This document shows, piece by piece, positions 17,364 to 26,357 of a DNA stretch of 64,000 nucleotides. Where the stretch lies: positions 7,335-71,334 of the forward strand of contig JAFUIQ010000001.1 of NCBI GenBank assembly GCA_017468385.1, given 5' to 3'. The first letter of the stretch is position 1; the number at the start of each line of letters is the position of its first letter. A program made the translations under genes and the position numbers. The notes under the pieces were generated by a model. It saw only the letters and a program-made list of their open reading frames with translations. It ran no database searches and was not told the origin of the DNA. This DNA is from Clostridia bacterium. GTDB lineage: Bacteria; Bacillota; Clostridia; Oscillospirales; CAG-272.

Positions 17364-18458
17364 ATGAAACTTGGTATTATCGGTTTGCCGAATGTGGGCA
17401 AAAGCACACTGTTTAACGCAATCACGGGCGCGGGCGCGGTATGCGCCAACTACCCTTTCTGCACCATCGATCCCAATGTGGGCGTGGTAGCGGTGCCCGA
17501 CCGCCGTCTGGACGTACTGGCGGAGATGTACAATCCTCAGCTGTACACCCCGGCCACCATTGAGTTTGTGGACATCGCCGGTCTGGTGCGCGGCGCCTCA
17601 AAGGGAGAGGGTCTGGGCAACAAATTCTTGTCCCACATCCGCGACGTAGACGCCATCGTGCACGTACTCCGCTGTTTTGACAACGGGGATATCGTACACG
17701 TGGACGGCTCCATCGATCCGATCCGCGATCTGGAAACCATCAACATGGAACTGATCTTCTCCGACATGGAGGTACTGGAGCGCCGAGTGGACAAAACCGC
17801 CAAACTGATGAAGGGCGACAAGACGCTGGCGGCGGAATTGGCTCTGTATCAAAGAATCCTTGCGGAGTTGGGCGAGGGCAAGACGGCCCGTGCGCTGGAG
17901 TTCACCGAGGACGAGGCGGCCCTTGTATCCCAGCTGGAGCTGCTGACGTACAAGCCCATCATCTATGTGGCCAACGTAAGCGATGAAGAAGCGGGCGGTG
18001 TTTCCCCCGACAATCCGTACTACGGAAAGATCTGCGAGGCGGCTAAAGCCGAGCACGCGGAGGTTATTCCCGTATGTGCCGGAATTGAGGCAGAGATCAG
18101 CGAACTCTCCCCCGAGGAGAAGGTGGAATTCCTGGCGGAGCTGGGCATTGAGGAAAGCGGTCTGGACCGTTTGATCAAGGCAGGCTATTCCCTGCTCGGC
18201 CTGATCAGCTATCTGACCGCCGGTCCCAAGGAAGTCCGTGCATGGACCATCCGCCGCGGCACTAAGGCACCGCAGGCGGCCGGCAAGATCCACAGCGATT
18301 TCGAGCGTGGATTCATCCGTGCGGAGATCGTTGCCTTTGACGATCTGGTCGCCTGCGGCAACATGAACGCGGCTAAGGAAAAAGGACTTGTCCGCAGTGA
18401 GGGCAAGGAGTACGTCATCGCCGACGGTGACGTAGTACTGTTCCGGTTCAACGTATAA
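17364..18458 (+). CDS. ychF: Ribosome-binding ATPase YchF
   Basis: [61 protein letters not shown]-terminal TGS-like ..[15 protein letters not shown]. Confidence 0.92.
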   Translation: MKLGIIGLPNVGKSTLFNAITGAGAVCANYPFCTIDPNVGVVAVPDRRLDVLAEMYNPQLYTPATIEFVDIAGLVRGASKGEGLGNKFLSHIRDVDAIVHVLRCFDNGDIVHVDGSIDPIRDLETINMELIFSDMEVLERRVDKTAKLMKGDKTLAAELALYQRILAELGEGKTARALEFTEDEAALVSQLELLTYKPIIYVANVSDEEAGGVSPDNPYYGKICEAAKAEHAEVIPVCAGIEAEISELSPEEKVEFLAELGIEESGLDRLIKAGYSLLGLISYLTAGPKEVRAWTIRRGTKAPQAAGKIHSDFERGFIRAEIVAFDDLVACGNMNAAKEKGLVRSEGKEYVIADGDVVLFRFNV

Positions 18459-18471
18459 TTCCCATAAAGAA

Positions 18472-18504
18472 GGGTTGCTGCGAATACGCAGCAGCCCCTT
18501 TTTT
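18472..18504 (+). terminator. ychF terminator
   Basis: GGGTTGCTGCG-aata-CGCAGCAGCCCC-TTTTTT. Confidence 0.65.
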
Positions 18505-19642
18505 ATGCTTGATTCAGGATAATCTTGTACAGTGCATTGGCGAAATGCTTTGTTTCCTTTTCGGTATTCATGGCGCCGAAACTAACACGAATCGCCCCAT
18601 CAGCGCCTGTCTTCAGCGCGCCATGCCCCATGGGCGTGCAATGCAGTCCCGCACGCACGCAGATGCCGGCGCGGTTGAGTTCACCGGCAATTTCCGCCGG
18701 GGAGCAATTTCTTACGTTGAACAAGAGAATAGCGCCGGGGGTATCGTCGTAAATTCGCACATCCCGCATGGCGTGCAGATCGGTGTACAGATGTCTCCAC
18801 AAAGCACACTCCTGCCGATGTATCGCATCCGTGCCGATGTTCGACACCCATCGGATGCCCTCGGCAAGTCCGGCGATGGCGGGGGTCGGAAGGGTCCCCG
18901 CCTCAAAATGCTCCGGAAGTTCCTCCGGCATGGCGGGATCCAGCGAATGGACACCGCTGCCTCCTTCCACCAATGTGCATCCGTCCCGAAAACGATCGCT
19001 GCCGAACACCATCATGCCGCATCCCTGGGGGCCGTACAGTCCTTTGTGACCGGGGACGCACAGGATATCGATGGGCATGCTTCGCAGATCGATGTGGAGA
19101 ATCCCCGCGCTCTGGGCACCATCCACGATGCATCCAATCCCGCGGGAGCGGCAGAAGCGCCCGATCTCCCGGATCGGTGCTGTGATATTACATATATTGG
19201 ATGCGTGAGCACAGACGATAGCTTTCGTGTTGGGGCGCAGGCGTTTTTGTATATCGGCGAGCACCTGTCGGGCACTGCCGCGAATATCAAATACATCGTA
19301 GGTGATGATCCCATCCCGTGCCAAGCGCTCCACAGGACGCCGGACGGAATTGTGCTCCATATTGCCGATAAGAAAATGATCCCCTGCCCGGGCCACGCTC
19401 TTGATGGCGGTGTTCAGCGCGTAGGTTGTGTTCATCGTGAAAACCACGTCCGACGGATCCGCAGCCCCAAAGAAATCGGCCGCCGCCTCCCGGCAGGAAT
19501 AAACGCTCTCCGCCGCCAGCATGGCAAGGCGATGGGAGCCGCGCCCGGGATTGCCGCCGTACTTATCCATACAGCGGATCACCGCCTCGGTTACAGAGGA
19601 CGGTTTTGGCCAGGTGGTGGCGGCATTGTCAAGGTATATCAT
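18503..19642 (-). CDS. Class V aminotransferase-fold cysteine desulfurase family protein
   Basis: MIYLDNAATTWPKPSSVTEAV..GNPGRGSHRLA..HKGLYGPQG (PLP-Lys region)..RAGLHCTP. This is the NifS/CsdA-like pattern. Confidence 0.85.
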   Translation of the reverse strand: MIYLDNAATTWPKPSSVTEAVIRCMDKYGGNPGRGSHRLAMLAAESVYSCREAAADFFGAADPSDVVFTMNTTYALNTAIKSVARAGDHFLIGNMEHNSVRRPVERLARDGIITYDVFDIRGSARQVLADIQKRLRPNTKAIVCAHASNICNITAPIREIGRFCRSRGIGCIVDGAQSAGILHIDLRSMPIDILCVPGHKGLYGPQGCGMMVFGSDRFRDGCTLVEGGSGVHSLDPAMPEELPEHFEAGTLPTPAIAGLAEGIRWVSNIGTDAIHRQECALWRHLYTDLHAMRDVRIYDDTPGAILLFNVRNCSPAEIAGELNRAGICVRAGLHCTPMGHGALKTGADGAIRVSFGAMNTEKETKHFANALYKIILNQA

Positions 19643-19880
19643 GTCTCACCGCATCCGCCGCACGACCGCCGCCGATCCACTCCCCATAGGCAATTCCCTT
19701 GCCATCCAGCACGCGCCGCACCTCATCGGAATCCCCGCAGGAAAAGGACACGCCGTACGCGCACCCCCGCGCCGTCACCGACGGATCCAAATGGATCACG
19801 TCGGAGGAAATCCCTTTGGCACTGAGTACCGATTTGGCGCGGAGGGCGTGGGTCATGGTTTTCATTGTCACAATACACAT
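19629..19880 (-). CDS. DUF3343-like small protein (putative S/Se carrier-like), overlapping the desulfurase start
   Basis: MCIVTMKTMTHALRAKSVLSAKGISSDVIHLDPSVTARGCAYGVSFSC.. has the size and pattern of DUF3343, which usually sits beside desulfurases. AGGAG 9 nt before the ATG at 19880. Confidence 0.6.
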   Translation of the reverse strand: MCIVTMKTMTHALRAKSVLSAKGISSDVIHLDPSVTARGCAYGVSFSCGDSDEVRRVLDGKGIAYGEWIGGGRAADAVRHDIP

Positions 19881-19955
19881 ACTGTTTCACTCCTGTTTTT
19901 TCAATCATCCGATAACAGTATATGAAACGGTCAGTGCTTATGACAGCACGCGGTT

Positions 19956-20948
19956 TTATTTGGCCGGCGGATTCTCCGTCATCTGGGCTGCTTCCTTCTG
20001 CGCGGCGCGTTTTTCCTCTCTTCTCTTTTTATGCCGACGCACAAGGACACGGAGTACGATCACGATCACAGCAATGATTGCCGCCCAGATCAACAGATAC
20101 GGCAGGTTGATAACGAAGTCCACGGCGAAATCTTCCAGATCATCGGAGATATCCGCAATCGTCTCCGAGAATCCAGCGGCAATGCGCTCGCCCATGGTTT
20201 CCGGATCCACCACGGTTTCCCGTTCCACCTCGGAGATGTTCATGGTGATGGTGCTGTACGCCACCAGATTATCATAGTTGTTCAACTGGGACTGATAGGA
20301 CTCAATCTGATACAGCACTTCCGTAATCCTGCTCTGGACACTGATCACGTCCTTCAGCTCGGTACACTTTTCCAGAATCCCCACCAGAGTATCGTATTCA
20401 CTGCGGAGCGCTTTCACGTGACTTTCCATATCATAGTAGGAGAGCGTCACATCGTTTGTGTTCTCACTGCGGGAGGTCACATTGGCGATTTCCGACACGC
20501 CGCTCACAAAAGCATCCAGCTGCTCCGCGGGAATACGCGCGGTGACGGTGGCATAACGTCGGTAGTTTCGGCTGTAATAACTGCCTCCGTCCACGGAGGA
20601 GGACTGGATATATCCGCCGAAGGCGGTGATGCGGGCGTTCAATTCCGCGATAAACGCATCAAATTCCTTGGTTTCCAGGCGGAGATTGACATTTTTGATC
20701 AGTTTCCGGCCGGTAGTTTGAACAGCTTCCTTGTCAGCGGGACGAACGATGCTGTCCGAACCCATGGAGTATTCATAGTCGCCGGAGGTGTCATAGATTC
20801 CATCGGAATATTTTCCGTCGTAGGATGTCTGCGGGGCATTCATCATACCCATATCGTTGGACTCCATTTTGGCACCGCATCCGGCGAGAAGAAGGGCCGC
20901 CATCAGGCACGCCATAGCCGTAAGGATGTGCTTTTTCACGTTTTTCAT
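19956..20948 (-). CDS. DUF4349-like lipoprotein with C-terminal TM anchor
   Basis: MKNVKKHILTAMACLMAALLLAGC (lipobox LAGC). The central region is coiled-coil-like, and the C-terminus has INLPYLLIWAAIIAVIVIVL plus a basic tail. GGGAGG SD. Confidence 0.65.
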   Translation of the reverse strand: MKNVKKHILTAMACLMAALLLAGCGAKMESNDMGMMNAPQTSYDGKYSDGIYDTSGDYEYSMGSDSIVRPADKEAVQTTGRKLIKNVNLRLETKEFDAFIAELNARITAFGGYIQSSSVDGGSYYSRNYRRYATVTARIPAEQLDAFVSGVSEIANVTSRSENTNDVTLSYYDMESHVKALRSEYDTLVGILEKCTELKDVISVQSRITEVLYQIESYQSQLNNYDNLVAYSTITMNISEVERETVVDPETMGERIAAGFSETIADISDDLEDFAVDFVINLPYLLIWAAIIAVIVIVLRVLVRRHKKRREEKRAAQKEAAQMTENPPAK

Positions 20949-21131
20949 AAGGAACCTCCCGGTTATATTTGGTTTCACCTATTACAACGGAAAGAAAAGC
21001 GGGATATTACATATCCTGCAAGAATTATGGCAAAATTGATTATTTTGCATTTTCTCATGCATGAAAATTCATTTTCGCAAAAAAATTCCGCATTTTTCAA
21101 GAAAAACCATAAAAATATGCCGTTTCCATCA

Positions 21132-21160
21132 TTGACAACCCCGCAAAATGGTTGTATAAT
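21132..21160 (+). promoter_or_regulatory. Consensus promoter for serC-serA
   Basis: TTGACA (21132-21137), 17 nt spacer, TATAAT (21155-21160). Confidence 0.55.
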
Positions 21161-21229
21161 TATTGGAAAGCGGATGAATATTATCCGCTCTTACATATTT
21201 TCCACAAGAATTCAGAAAGGATCGTTTCT

Positions 21230-22315
21230 ATGAACAGAGTTTACAACTTTTCAGCAGGTCCCTCCATGCTTCCGCTGGCGGTATTGGAGCAGGCTCAGAA
21301 AGAGCTGATTTGCTACGGAGATTCTGGCATGTCTGTAATGGAGATGAGCCACCGTTCTCCCGTTTACGAAGAGATCATTAAAGATGCCGAGGCTAAGCTT
21401 CGTGCCGTTATGTCCATTCCGGACAACTATAAGGTACTGTTTTTGCAGGGCGGCGCCTCCACCCAGTTTGCCGCTGTTCCCCTGAACCTTCTGAACAAAA
21501 ATAAAAAGGCAGATTACATCCTGTCCGGTCAATTCTCCACCAAGGCATACAAGGAAGCACAGAAGTACGGTGATATCGCGGTAGCCGCTTCCTCCAAGGA
21601 GGATAACTTCTCCCGCATCCCCGAGACTACCCGTGAGTCCTTCCGTCCCGACGCAGATTATGTACACATCTGCTACAACAACACCATCTACGGCACCAAG
21701 TTCAACTACATACCCGACACCGGCGATATCCCGCTGGTTGCGGATATGTCCTCCTGCATCATCTCCGAGCCGGTGGATGTATCCAAGTTCGGTCTGATCT
21801 ATGCCGGTGCACAGAAGAACATGGCTCCCGCCGGTCTGACGGTGGTCATCGTCCGTGAGGATCTGATCGGCAACGCCCGCCCCGACACCCCCGCTATGCT
21901 GGACTATCAGCTGGCCGCCGATAACGGATCCATGTACAACACACCTCCCTGCTGGCCCATCTACATCGCCAAGTTGGTGTATGAGTGGATTCTGGATCTG
22001 GGCGGTCTGGAAGCCATGAAAGAGCTGAACGAGAAGAAAGCCGCTCTGCTCTACGACTATCTGGACAATCAGGATTACTACACCGCACCTGTTGAGAAGG
22101 CAAGCCGTTCCATGATGAACGTAACCTTCGTAACCGGCGACGCGGATCTGGACAAGAAATTCGCCTCCGAGGCAGCCGCAGCCGGTCTGAAGAATCTGAA
22201 GGGTCACCGTTCCGTTGGCGGTATGCGTGCATCCATCTATAATGCAATGCCCTACGAGGGCGTTGAAAAGCTCGTCGCATTCATGAAAGAATTCGCCGAG
22301 AAAAATCCTAAATAA
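21230..22315 (+). CDS. serC: Phosphoserine aminotransferase
   Basis: MNRVYNFSAGPSMLPLAVLEQAQKEL..GMSVMEMSHRS..FLQGGASTQF..GAQKNMAPAGLTVVIVRE..GGMRASIYNAMP. Confidence 0.92.
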   Translation: MNRVYNFSAGPSMLPLAVLEQAQKELICYGDSGMSVMEMSHRSPVYEEIIKDAEAKLRAVMSIPDNYKVLFLQGGASTQFAAVPLNLLNKNKKADYILSGQFSTKAYKEAQKYGDIAVAASSKEDNFSRIPETTRESFRPDADYVHICYNNTIYGTKFNYIPDTGDIPLVADMSSCIISEPVDVSKFGLIYAGAQKNMAPAGLTVVIVREDLIGNARPDTPAMLDYQLAADNGSMYNTPPCWPIYIAKLVYEWILDLGGLEAMKELNEKKAALLYDYLDNQDYYTAPVEKASRSMMNVTFVTGDADLDKKFASEAAAAGLKNLKGHRSVGGMRASIYNAMPYEGVEKLVAFMKEFAEKNPK

Positions 22316-22329
22316 CCGAGGACACGATC

Positions 22330-23484
22330 ATGGCTAAAATTCAACTTCTGAATAAAATTTCCAAAGTAGGTCTGAAACAGTTTGACGACAAGTACGAGAT
22401 CGGCGACGCAATCGCCGATCCCGATGCGATTCTCGTTCGCTCTGCCGCTATGCACGACATGGAGTTCGGTGCTTCCCTGAAAGCTATCGGCCGTGCCGGT
22501 GCCGGCGTAAACAACATTCCCGTGGATCGATGTGCCGAGGAAGGCATTGTGGTATTCAATACCCCCGGTGCCAACGCCAACGGCGTAAAGGAGCTGGCTG
22601 TGGCCGCTCTAATGCTGGCTTCCCGCGATATCGTAGGCGGTATTCAGTGGGCAAACTCCCTGACAGCCGATGTGGCCAAGTCTGTGGAAAAAGGCAAGTC
22701 CGCTTTCGCCGGCAACGAAATCATGGGCAAGACCCTGGGCGTAATCGGCCTGGGTGCCATCGGCGGTCTGGTCGCCAATGCGGCCAAGTCCCTGGGTATG
22801 GAAGTTATCGGATGCGATCCGTACATCACCATCGACGGTGCATGGCATCTGTCCCGCTCCATCCAGAAAGCGGCTACGTACGATGAAATTTTCGAGAAGG
22901 CAGACTACATCACCCTGCACGTTCCCGCTACTCCCCAGACCAAGAATATGATCTGCGCCGAATCCATCGCCAAGATGAAGCCCGGCGTGCGCATCATCAA
23001 TCTGGCCCGTGCGGATCTGGTCAATGCGGCCGATCTGAAGGCTGCCATTGAAGAAGGTAAGGTTGCCTCCTATGTGACCGACTTCCCCACCGAGGAAACC
23101 ATCGGTGTCAAGGGCATCGTAACCATTCCTCACCTGGGTGCATCCACCGAGGAGAGCGAAGACAACTGCGCTGTGATGGCCGCCAATGAGCTGATCGACT
23201 ATCTGGAAAACGGCAACATCAAGAACAGCGTGAACTTCCCGAATCTGAACCTGCCTCACACTGCGGCTCACCGCGTGGTGATCCTGCACAAGAACATCCC
23301 CAACATGATCGCCCGCATCACCGGTTCCCTGGCGGATCAGAACATCAATATCGAGAATCTGGTCAACGCCTCCAAGGGTGATTATGCCGGCACGATCGCC
23401 GAGACCAACTCCCCCGTGGACGACGCAGTGGTGGAAAAGATCGCCGCTGTAGACGGAATCATTCGTGTGATCAAGATTTCCTAA
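22330..23484 (+). CDS. serA: D-3-phosphoglycerate dehydrogenase with C-terminal ACT domain
   Basis: ..GRAGAGVNNIPV..GKTLGVIGLGAIGGLVA (NAD fold)..ITLHVPATPQTKNM..NLARADLV..PHLGASTEESEDN. The C-terminal ..HRVVILHKNIPNMIARITGSLADQNINIENL is ACT-like. Confidence 0.9.
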   Translation: MAKIQLLNKISKVGLKQFDDKYEIGDAIADPDAILVRSAAMHDMEFGASLKAIGRAGAGVNNIPVDRCAEEGIVVFNTPGANANGVKELAVAALMLASRDIVGGIQWANSLTADVAKSVEKGKSAFAGNEIMGKTLGVIGLGAIGGLVANAAKSLGMEVIGCDPYITIDGAWHLSRSIQKAATYDEIFEKADYITLHVPATPQTKNMICAESIAKMKPGVRIINLARADLVNAADLKAAIEEGKVASYVTDFPTEETIGVKGIVTIPHLGASTEESEDNCAVMAANELIDYLENGNIKNSVNFPNLNLPHTAAHRVVILHKNIPNMIARITGSLADQNINIENLVNASKGDYAGTIAETNSPVDDAVVEKIAAVDGIIRVIKIS

Positions 23485-23496
23485 AATACAGATACC

Positions 23497-23538
23497 AAAA
23501 GGGGCTGTTGCGTTTACTTGCAACAGCCCCGAATTTTT
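23497..23538 (+). terminator. serA terminator
   Basis: AAAA-GGGGCTGTTGC-gtttactt-GCAACAGCCCC-gaATTTTT. Confidence 0.65.
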
Positions 23539-23650
23539 ACGTTCGCGACGTAAAAATTCGAAATTTCGTAGAAATTTGTGGCGAGATTGCCCGTGTTTTT
23601 GCCTATGTCGGGCAAAAAATGGCCGCATCAGCGGCCAAGGGAAAGCTCGC

Positions 23651-23690
23651 GGAGGTGACGCATTGCTAAATGCGACACCTCCTTTTCGTT
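23651..23690 (+). terminator. Second plus-strand terminator-like hairpin about 120 nt after the serA terminator
   Basis: GGAGGTGaCGCATT-gcta-AATGCGaCACCTCC followed by TTTTCGTT. Confidence 0.5.
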
Positions 23691-23815
23691 GGTCACACTC
23701 TTTTCTCAACTGCAAGTTGCATAATGCTTCAAAAAACAAGTTATTGCATTCACTTTAAGCGATTGATATAATATACCCAGAATCCGGATTCAATATATGA
23801 TTTGAGGTGATTCGA

Positions 23816-24874
23816 ATGACGATTGGCGAAAAAATAAAGGAATTGCGAAAAAAGAATGATCTGACACAAGAAAAACTGGCAGATTATCTTTGTGTGTCGT
23901 ATCAAGCGGTTTCGAAATGGGAATGCGGAATGTCAAGCCCCGATTTGTCTTTGATCGTGCCCCTTGCCAAACTGCTTCATGTAACCACAGATGAATTGCT
24001 CTGTATTAACGACGAAGAGACGGACAATAGATACAATGAGCTCAAACAGCTCTATGAGCACACATTCAAAACCGAGGATTTTGCAGAACGCCAAAAAATA
24101 TGCGAACTTGCCGTCTCGGAATATCCGGGAGATATGAAATGGCTGCTAGAACTTGCGTGGGTGGTATCCAACCGTTCCTTTGAATACAAGGACAATGACA
24201 GACATATCGCAGAGCAGGAAAAGGCAATTAAACTTTTCGACGCTGTGATCAAAAACTGTAAAGATGATGCTATCCGCGGAAGCGCTATAGAAGGCATTAC
24301 ACAGTTGCTGGGATGGAGAGGACGCAAAGACGAAGCGAGAAGGTATGCGGAAATGCTTCCCGAAAGAACAATACGCTTTCGTGATATGGTTTGGGAAAAC
24401 GTTTTGGATGGCGATGAACTGATCCAATTTAAGCAAGAAAAAATCATGGGTAACGTGGAAGGTATTCTTTGGGGCCTTTCGTTAATGCCTACCGTTTATA
24501 CCGACCTTATCCGAGATATTGTCAACGTGATGTTCCCCGATGGGAATTACATGGAATTCAATCACACGTTGTATTACGCTGTAAGAAAGAAAATCAATCG
24601 TATTCTTAAGCTTGAGCAAAATGCATCGGCAGATCAGATTTGTGCTTTGCTGACGGAAATGAAGTCGTACGCAAAAGCCTATGATGAGATTGTTTTCTTG
24701 AATCCCGGAGTTTACAAATATACAGCTCCTTGGTTTGACCATATTGAAAAAGATACTCGCGACTGGATCGGAAGTGAGGGAGAAACCCTGATGCAGGAAT
24801 TCAAGGAATATCTTGATGATCCGCAATTTGATCGTATCCGCACGGATGAACTTTTCTGTTCGCTAAAGAATTAA
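23816..24874 (+). CDS. XRE-family HTH regulator with a roughly 290 aa helical (TPR-like) C-terminal domain
   Basis: MTIGEKIKELRKKNDLTQEKLADYLCVSYQAVSKWECGMSSPDLSLIVPLAKLLHVTTDELL is a Cro/C1-type HTH. The remainder looks like helical repeats. A consensus promoter, TTGCAT-17-TATAAT at 23744-23772, lies upstream. Confidence 0.8.
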   Translation: MTIGEKIKELRKKNDLTQEKLADYLCVSYQAVSKWECGMSSPDLSLIVPLAKLLHVTTDELLCINDEETDNRYNELKQLYEHTFKTEDFAERQKICELAVSEYPGDMKWLLELAWVVSNRSFEYKDNDRHIAEQEKAIKLFDAVIKNCKDDAIRGSAIEGITQLLGWRGRKDEARRYAEMLPERTIRFRDMVWENVLDGDELIQFKQEKIMGNVEGILWGLSLMPTVYTDLIRDIVNVMFPDGNYMEFNHTLYYAVRKKINRILKLEQNASADQICALLTEMKSYAKAYDEIVFLNPGVYKYTAPWFDHIEKDTRDWIGSEGETLMQEFKEYLDDPQFDRIRTDELFCSLKN

Positions 24875-24884
24875 TAACCCCGCA

Positions 24885-24917
24885 AAAACAGCCACCACAG
24901 TTCGTGATGGCTGTTTT
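24885..24917. terminator. Bidirectional terminator between the convergent XRE and DUF1015 genes
   Basis: AAAACAGCCAcCAC-agttc-GTGaTGGCTGTTTT. Confidence 0.55.
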
Positions 24918-24933
24918 ACTGTTTGACTTTCTT

Positions 24934-26169
24934 TTATCTCGTAATCTTTCGTGCTTCGATGTAATATCGCTTGCTGCGGGCTTCGCCCATGGAGAAGGTC
25001 TTGCGGGGGAGTGTTCCGTTTTTCTGCACATAGGGGAACAATTCGCTTTTCTTCATACCGCCGAACAGGAATCCCACGGAGTTTTCCCGCTTGGCCAGAT
25101 CGATCAGCGCATCCTCGTCGTGGATATAGTCACACTTCACACCGGGGTGCTTTTTCATATAGTCATCGATGAAATTCTGCAGTGTGCCTACGGTCAGCGC
25201 GTGGGATTTTCTCAGGAAGGAGATTTCCTTATCCTCGGATTCCGTGATGACACGCACGGTATGGGCACAGCGCTTCTTCTCACCGGTGATTTTACCGAGT
25301 TCGGAGAGGAAATCCGCTGTATCGCAATCGGTCACCACGCGGTAGATCGGCTCGAAATCCAGCGCGCGGCTCTGCAGTGCGGTCAACTCCACCAGCGCGT
25401 ACCGCGCGGGATGATCTTTCGCATCCTCACCCAACTCGGCTTTCAGTTTCTCATAGAACGCCTTGGCCGATGCCAGCGAATGATTGCCGTCGCCCACAGC
25501 GTAGATCAGATCGCCCTCCACGGATGCTTCGTATTCAGCGATCCATCCGGTAACGTCTGCCAGCGCATCTCCGGCAATACGGAAGCCGGCAATTTTTCCG
25601 CCGCCCAGCATGAGATCAAATTCATACATCGGAGTATATTCCGCTTTTCTGGCGGCGATGCGTTTCATCAGTCCGTCCTTGTCGTCAATCAGCAGCATAA
25701 CGTGAGGCAGTTCGTACACAGCCGATGCACGGATAGCCATGCGGGGCGGAATCCGCTCCAGCACGGTGGCTTCCGTGGCGCGCACGGCAGAGGTACTGCC
25801 CACACTGTAATCGTATGCTTCCAGATCGATCTTGCCGAGGATTCCCTGCCGCACGCGTCCGTCGGGCAAGGTACGCTCGATCCACATCATGCAGTCGGAT
25901 GCCGTATCAAAATCCATTTTGCCCATGGATTCGGCGATGTGGGCCTTGTGGGATGCTTCCTGTTCCGTTTCCAGATAGGCCTCGGGGAGGATCAGATCCA
26001 AGGCGGATGCGCTGCCCTGACGGATGGCATTGGCGTTTTGCCAATAGGCGGGATCGGAGGTGAACTGATCGCAGGCGATCACGGCCCATTTTGTCCAGCG
26101 TTCTTTATCCGCGACGGACAGTTTGGGCAGACAGATGGAAGCAGGTGTAAAAACGGTGCGGTTGTTCAT
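24934..26169 (-). CDS. DUF1015-family protein
   Basis: MNNRTVFTPASICLPKLSVADKERWTKWAVIACDQFTSDPAYW..ADVTGWIAEYEASVEGDLIYAVGDGNHSLASAKAFYEKLK..FLFGGMKKSELFPYVQKNGTLPRKTFSMGEARSKRYYIEARKI matches my memory of DUF1015. Confidence 0.8.
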   Translation of the reverse strand: MNNRTVFTPASICLPKLSVADKERWTKWAVIACDQFTSDPAYWQNANAIRQGSASALDLILPEAYLETEQEASHKAHIAESMGKMDFDTASDCMMWIERTLPDGRVRQGILGKIDLEAYDYSVGSTSAVRATEATVLERIPPRMAIRASAVYELPHVMLLIDDKDGLMKRIAARKAEYTPMYEFDLMLGGGKIAGFRIAGDALADVTGWIAEYEASVEGDLIYAVGDGNHSLASAKAFYEKLKAELGEDAKDHPARYALVELTALQSRALDFEPIYRVVTDCDTADFLSELGKITGEKKRCAHTVRVITESEDKEISFLRKSHALTVGTLQNFIDDYMKKHPGVKCDYIHDEDALIDLAKRENSVGFLFGGMKKSELFPYVQKNGTLPRKTFSMGEARSKRYYIEARKITR

Positions 26170-26357
26170 GGTGTATCCTTTCGTTGCTACTGAAAAAAAC
26201 ATTAGAATTATTATAACGCAAAGCGCCTGTCATGTCAATTTCCCGCTTACGGAAAATGTAAATTTTTGACCAAACTGTTTTTTCCCTTGTAACAGGAAAC
26301 CATATGCGGTATAATAAAAGGTAACGAATCAATTCGAAAAGATAGGAAGTGTGTCGT

